Part shown: one piece after another, positions 57,965 to 64,000 of the stretch
Numbering within the stretch: the stretch's first letter is position 1
Layout of the letters: each line of letters opens with the position of its first letter
DNA from: Azolla caroliniana
Lineage: Eukaryota > Plantae > Polypodiophyta
Assembly: GCA_043228905.1 (NCBI GenBank)
Contig: JBHGNT010000005.1
Location: 14,260,001 to 14,324,000 of the forward strand
Reading direction: 5' to 3'
Length of the DNA stretch: 64,000 nucleotides
Program-made: the position numbers and the translations under genes
Notes under the pieces: generated by a model
Told to the model about the DNA's origin: nothing
Seen by the model: only the letters and a program-made list of their open reading frames with translations
The model's database searches: none

Positions 57965-59423
57965 GTATAAGAAGTATATTTTGTTTTAGAAAAAATAACT
58001 AAATAAAATTGAAAGCTTTTGGGCAAACAAGCTCAAGCCTTTGGGTGTTTTTCGTTAATACTACTGAAGAAAATCTTTGAAAGAAAAAAAGAGAGAGAAT
58101 TGTTTGGCATGTACACACATAGAAGCTCAAGTAAGAGAAACCTTAACTAATCTATAACCCATAAACAAGATAAGTTATGACTATAAGTTTATAATGATAG
58201 GAGTTTGGAGATATTGGTTGCGGAAGTGTCCTTGTGGTTGATAATACTAGAGCTCATATATGGTGATTGAGGGGCATATCCATTCTAATGAACTATCAAT
58301 TAGGCATAGACATGGGGTTTCGTGGTGCGTTCAAGTTGCCTATCATAGACTCCAAGGAGGCCTGGTGGAGGAAATGTAGGATGCACACGTTATAGGTTAA
58401 TGAGAGCGGCTTGAGCAATCCAACAAGGAAACAAAGCGAGCGAGTGATGTAATTGCCACTTAGGAAAATGCAAGTCAACATGTTGCAACAAATGTTCAAC
58501 TTGTAGATACTTGGAGGCAATTGAAAAGACTCATTGCATTATGCAAGACTTGTGGTGGCCTAATTGTGCTACACTAGCATATGGGGAAGGGGCAGACTAC
58601 ATAGTACTGTTAGGGTAGTAAATGACAACTTTGGGTGATTAACATTCAATCTGCGATCGGGGCTATCATAGATCGATGTAGGAGGACCAGATATAATATA
58701 ACATTCAAATGTTATATATACCACCACATGCTAACAATATTGTCCAAGATTCTACTATGAATCATACGATGATGTTGAACATCATAATTAATGCATTTCA
58801 GGTTGGAAGAAAACATCAAAAATTTGTAAACAGAATGCCGGTTGTGATCATCCAATCGATGCTTCTTCGAGGGGATTGATTACCTATTATCTATCATTAA
58901 CATTGTATATATTCTACCTTATGTCAAGATAACTGTCCTAACTAACTTGGCTAAATAAACCTAAGGTGGATCCATACAAGGGAGGAATACATAATATTAA
59001 TATAACATGTGAAATAATTATGTATACTAACGTGATCGATCCAATTCATGCCACACACAATGCCTAATATGGAGATCCACACATTAGGATAGAGCATATA
59101 ATATGAAACAATTAGATGCAAATACTGATACCACACACACACATACATTTTTGGCTGATGATGTTGGAGTGTAGGAGATGCGGAAAAAGGGGGGGGGGGG
59201 GGTTCGGTCCATATCTGGTGCGGGCGTTAGAGCATTGAGGGGACCTTTTCCCTACCCTAGTACAACAGGACCCGTCCCCCTGTGGATATCTATCTCTAGA
59301 AGTTTTGGATGAGTGAGAATGGAGATGAGATGAGCGAAGGGGAATGAATTGGCGGGGGTGTTTTGGTGGCTGGGTTTTGAGAGGTTTAGAGATTCTGCAT
59401 GAAGGGATAAGGCCACGTGGCAG

Positions 59424-59464
<41 letters not shown>

Positions 59465-59617
59465 AAAGCTCCCTCTGGTCTCCCCGCCCTTCCAGCCCAA
59501 AAACTACTACTAATGCATACATATATTATGTACATAATAAATACTACATACCCATACCATACACTATGTATACCCAGAGAAAATGTTCCCCCCACCCCAT
59601 CCCATCCCACCCCACCC

Positions 59618-59875
59618 CTACTACTTACTACATTCATACTACTATTACTACATTCATACATTCATTATTTATACTACTACTACTACATTCGTACATTCAT
59701 ACATTCATTATTCATACTACTACTACTACTACATTCATACATTCATACATTCATTATTCATACTACTACTACTACTACTACATTCATACATTCATACATT
59801 CATTATTCATACTACTACTACTACATTCATACATTCATACATTCATTATTCATACTACTACTACTACTACTACTG
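59618..59875 (+). repeat. Compound minisatellite [(TAC)n-ATTCATAC-ATTCATT]
   Basis: About 5 units with variable TAC number. Confidence 0.9.
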
Positions 59876-60392
59876 TAGACGACTCACTCGACCAACTCCC
59901 ACCCAAAGCACTCTCCCTCAAACCCCAACAAAAAACACAGACAGACAGACAAGACAGACAGAGAGAGTATGTATGTATGTATGTATGTATGTACATATGT
60001 AGTAGTACATTCTAAAAGAGATAGACATCATCCCCCTCCTCCTCCTCTTCTTCTTCTTCTTCTTCTTCCTTCTTCTCCTCCTCTCCCTCCATCCTGTTTT
60101 ATCCTCTTCTTTTGCCTCTCTCTCTCTCTCTCTAGGGTTTTCCTTCTTGCGAAGGAGGCCTCCTCCTCCTCCTCCTCCTTGTCCTTGCGCGAGCTGCGAG
60201 GCTTTATATTATATATATATATATATAGGTAGGTAGGTGGGTGCATCTTCCTTCTTCTTCTTCTTCTTCTTCTTCTTCTTCTTCTTCTTCTGCGCGCGCG
60301 CGTGTGTCCGTGTCCCCGGTAAGAAATCAATTGCCCTTTGAATTTCTATATCCGTGTCTCTCACTTTCTTCTCCTTTTCTTCAACTTCAGCC

Positions 60393-63300
60393 ATGGAAGA
60401 TTCATCATCATCTTCTGCACCTGCACCTGCACCTGCTCCTTTTTCTCATCCTAACGAAGATGCAGTGTCTGTTAAGCCCTCGTATTCTGATATTGTGCAA
60501 GGTAATGGTGGTGGACCTCCTCCTCCTCCTCTTCCTCCTCATCTCCATCTCCATCATCATCATCATCATCATCATCTCCATCCCCGCCCTCCTCCCCCTC
60601 CTCTGTTTCGTGTGCTTCCTGAGACCGAGTTGTATCCAGGGGTAGAACCTGCAGAATTGATGGATTTTGTTGATGCTCCTGAAGCGGCAGTACTGCCTCC
60701 TGGAAGCAGCAATGGCCATGGTAGTCTCTATTACACCAAGGAAGAAGAAAAAGAAGACGGTGATGGCTATGGGGATGTTGAAGAAGATGGAGTTAGTAGT
60801 GTTGAAAGCTTTGATAGCGCACAGGAAAGGATTCCCTTAATTCCCGTGAGTAGCATAGGTTATGCAGAAGTTCGTAATACTGTCCATTTATCCTCCTCCT
60901 CTGTGGATGAAGTGATTTCGTCTGAACTGGTAAAGGATACAGAAAATCAATCATTGGAATGCCAAGGAAGTGGTATCCTGGTTCAAAACGTGAACAATGA
61001 TTTCTCACTGATTGCTGATGCTGAAGAAGCTAAGGCAAAAGCTGAAGAAGGGATAGGGATTCACGCAGAAGCTCCGGAGCAGCCAGTGACAAATGATCCA
61101 TCAGAGAAGTTGGACCATGAAAGAGAAGGTGTTGTAGAGAATTACGATTATGGAGCTGAGGGTCCAAAAGTGACCAATGATTCATCACCCACTCTAGATG
61201 GTGATGGCAAAGAAGTGGCAGAGAAGGACGGCGATGACAAGGAACTGGTAGAGAAGGATGGTGAAGTTCCTGAGGAGCCAAAGTTGATGCTGGTAGACAT
61301 TGATGCTGAAGTTCTTGAGGAGCCAGAAATGGATGACTCTTCACAGTCCACCCTGAATGCCAAAGAAGCTGTATACAGTGACAGTGAAGTTCCTGAGGAT
61401 CCAAGAATGGTCGACTCTCCACAGACCACCTCGGGGGATGCCAAAGAAGTAGTAGTAGTAGACAATGAGGCTGAAGTTGGTGATTTGCCAAAGCTAGATC
61501 CTTTACTGGCATCGGATGCTGAGGAAGTGGTGGTAGAGAATCGAAGTGAAGTCTGTGAAGAGGTAAAGGCTAAGGCTAGTGATTGGTTGACTTTGGGTGC
61601 TGAAGACGTGGCAAGAAATGCTATTGAAGTCTCCGAGGAGCCAAAGAGGAATGCTGTACTTACTTCAGATGCCAAGGAACTGGATGAGGGTCATTTCAAG
61701 GTGACAAAGACAAATGACTCACTGGCCTTGGATGCTGAAGAAGTGGCAGAAACTTACCAAGAAGTTTCTGAGGAATCAAAATTGAACTCTTTACTGTCTT
61801 CAGATGTGGAGAATTATTTTGGAGTTCTTGTGAAGCCAAAGACGAATGATCTTTTACAGGCTTTGGAGGGTTCAAAGGTGAATGATTCAGTTGTCTCAAT
61901 CTCAAACGCGGAGAAAGTGAAGGAAGATAATGGGGAAGTTCAGGAGATACTATCAAACAAGAATCATTCTGATTCGCTTACCTTGAATGCTGAAGAAGAA
62001 GTACTGAACTGTGGAGATGACAAGATTGTAAATGAAGATATGCTCGGAACTGGTAAATTCAGCAATGATAGTGTGATTCCATTGGGTAAGTTCTTTAGTG
62101 CAAACCAAGAGGAAGATATGGTGGAATTTATTGTAAATAGAGATTTTGAGACCTCTAATACTTTCTATGTTACAGATATTCATCCCACTTCTGAAGAAAT
62201 AAAAGAATATCATAGTAATGGAAGCATAGATGATACAACAACTTCACAAGTTGAAATTTCTTGCTGTTCTGAGAAAACAGGCCAGGAATCGATAGAGAAA
62301 TCTGTTACTTCACATGAAGATGCCAAAGAAGGCAAGGTGGATAATAGGGAAGTTAATTCTGGAGAGAAAGAAGAGACTTCACTAGAAGCAGATCATAATG
62401 GGATCGGGAAAGAAGCTACTGGAAATGTGAAACAATGGCAAAATGATGAGACAGCTAACTTAGCCACTGGTGAGAGAGAAGAAATCCCGAAAAGGGAATT
62501 GATGGATGAAGTTGTTGATCGAGAAGAAGAGAACACACAAAATAACAATGAGGAAGAAGCAGAAGCAGAAGAAAAAACATATGGGTTTTCAATCACAAGT
62601 GTAGAACTGATTGAATCCTTGATTACAGAAGATATGCCTTCTAATTTTAATCAAGAACCTTTAATAAAGGCTCCTGGAATACCGGAAGTAGACGAGAATA
62701 GTGGAGTAAAGACATCAGATGAGGTTGAAGCAAGGCCAAGCGAAGAAGTGATAGTTGAGAAAGACGAGATTGCAAATGCACCTCTGACAAGAGAAGAAAA
62801 CAAGAAAACAGAAGAGATAATGAAACCAAAGAATGAGACAGGTAAGGTGGAGAGAAAAGGTAGTACTAATAAAACCATTTTGAGAAAATATCGTGTTTTC
62901 TGAAAAACTCTATTTTATGATTGCAGAAGGAAACCCTAAGTCTTCAACAGGTCAGAGCTCCACCAATACACCAACGACAACAATTACTGGTGCCCCTGCT
63001 GGCCTTGGAAGTTCAATACCCTCCTTAGAGGCTACATCACGAATTATTCAACGAGGCAGTGGTAGATTCTCACGCCAAGCTCTGGTACCAAATGAAGAAA
63101 ACCAGTCAAATGATGAGGTTTCTGAAGGTGGTGATGAAGCAAGAGAGAAATTACATCAGATCCGAGTCAAGTTTCTGCGCTTAGCTCATAGACTTGGGCA
63201 ATCTGCACATAATGTGGTTGTTGCTCAAGTTTTGTATAGGCTGGGATTAGCAGAACAACTTCGCGGGGGTCAGAGTAGTGGTAGAACAGGGTCTTTTAGC

Positions 63301-64000
63301 TTTGAAAGGGCAAGCTTGCTAGCAGAAGAGCAAGAATCAGCTGGTGCAGAGGATTTGGACTTTGGATGTACTATCATGGTTCTCGGAAAGAGCGGTGTAG
63401 GGAAGAGTGCAACAATCAATTCTTTGTTTGATGAGATTAAAACTCAAACAAATGCTTATAGTCCTGCAACGAATAAAGTTAAGGAGATTGTTGGTACAAT
63501 CCATGGCATCAAGCTAAGAGTCATAGATACACCTGGTCTTTTGACTTCTTTCGGTGATCAACCCAGGAATCAAAGGATTATGTCATCAGTGAAGAGATAC
63601 ATCAAGAAGTCACCACCTGATATTGTTCTATATTTTGATAGATTGGACATCCCAAGTAGGGATTATGGTGATTTGCCTATACTCCGAACCATCACTGATA
63701 CTTTTGGTGCTGCAGTTTGGTTCAATGCCATTGTTGTGCTTACACATGCATCATCAGCTCCTCCAGATGGTGCTAATGGTGTACCCGTGAGTTATGAGAT
63801 GTTTGTTGCACAACGATCACACATAGTTCAACAAACAATTCGCCAAGCAGCAGGGGATATGAGACTTATGAACCCTGTCTCTTTAGTGGAGAATCATGGT
63901 TCATGCCGAAGGAACAGATCTGGACAACGTGTTTTGCCCAATGGCCAAGTGTGGAAGCCACAACTCCTACTTCTATGCTTTGCATCAAAAATCTTGGCTG
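60393..64000 (+). CDS. TOC159-family chloroplast import receptor GTPase (TOC132/120-type G domain), runs off the window. Exon 60393-62841, intron 62842-62926, exon 62927->64000; probable 5' UTR intron 60319-60390
   Basis: Long acidic A-domain; PAGLGSS; IRVKFLRLAHRLGQ; GKSGVGKSATINS; DTPGL; QAAGDMRLMNPVSLVENH; WKPQLLLLCFASKILA. Confidence 0.95.

Noticed and set aside
58290-58560. Cys-rich broken frame (CNCHLGKCKSTCCNKC)
   Set aside because: Too short and interrupted to assign; possibly an old transposon relic
59344-60330. His/Tyr/Thr-rich and poly-Arg ORFs
   Set aside because: Translations of microsatellites

Overview
Eukaryotic land-plant genomic DNA, probably a non-seed plant judging by the Phygy-like and Tcn1-like retroelements (inference). 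Bases 1-28.7 kb are one decayed Ty1/copia element (A) carrying five nested insertions: two near-identical, ORF-intact tRNA-Trp-primed non-chromovirus Ty3/gypsy copies (B on -, C on +) that form a ~7.2-kb-arm inverted repeat, a solo LTR, a gag-only non-autonomous element (D) and a deleted copia (E). More copia/gypsy relics lie at 28.7-35.4 kb and 44.7-58 kb. There are two host genes: a 14-coding-exon membralin/TMEM259 homolog (36465-43644) and a TOC159-family (TOC132/120-type) plastid import GTPase (60393 to window end). The most notable unexplained signal is a set of tRNA-derived Pol III-type A-box/B-box cassettes lying antisense in the U3 of three different gypsy LTR types. Other highlights are a predicted -1 frameshift slippery site plus pseudoknot between protease and RT, an in-frame ~180-210-codon extension of copia Pol beyond RNase H, and a Tf1-like self-priming signature. 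All coordinates were read by eye; no alignments or database searches were run.
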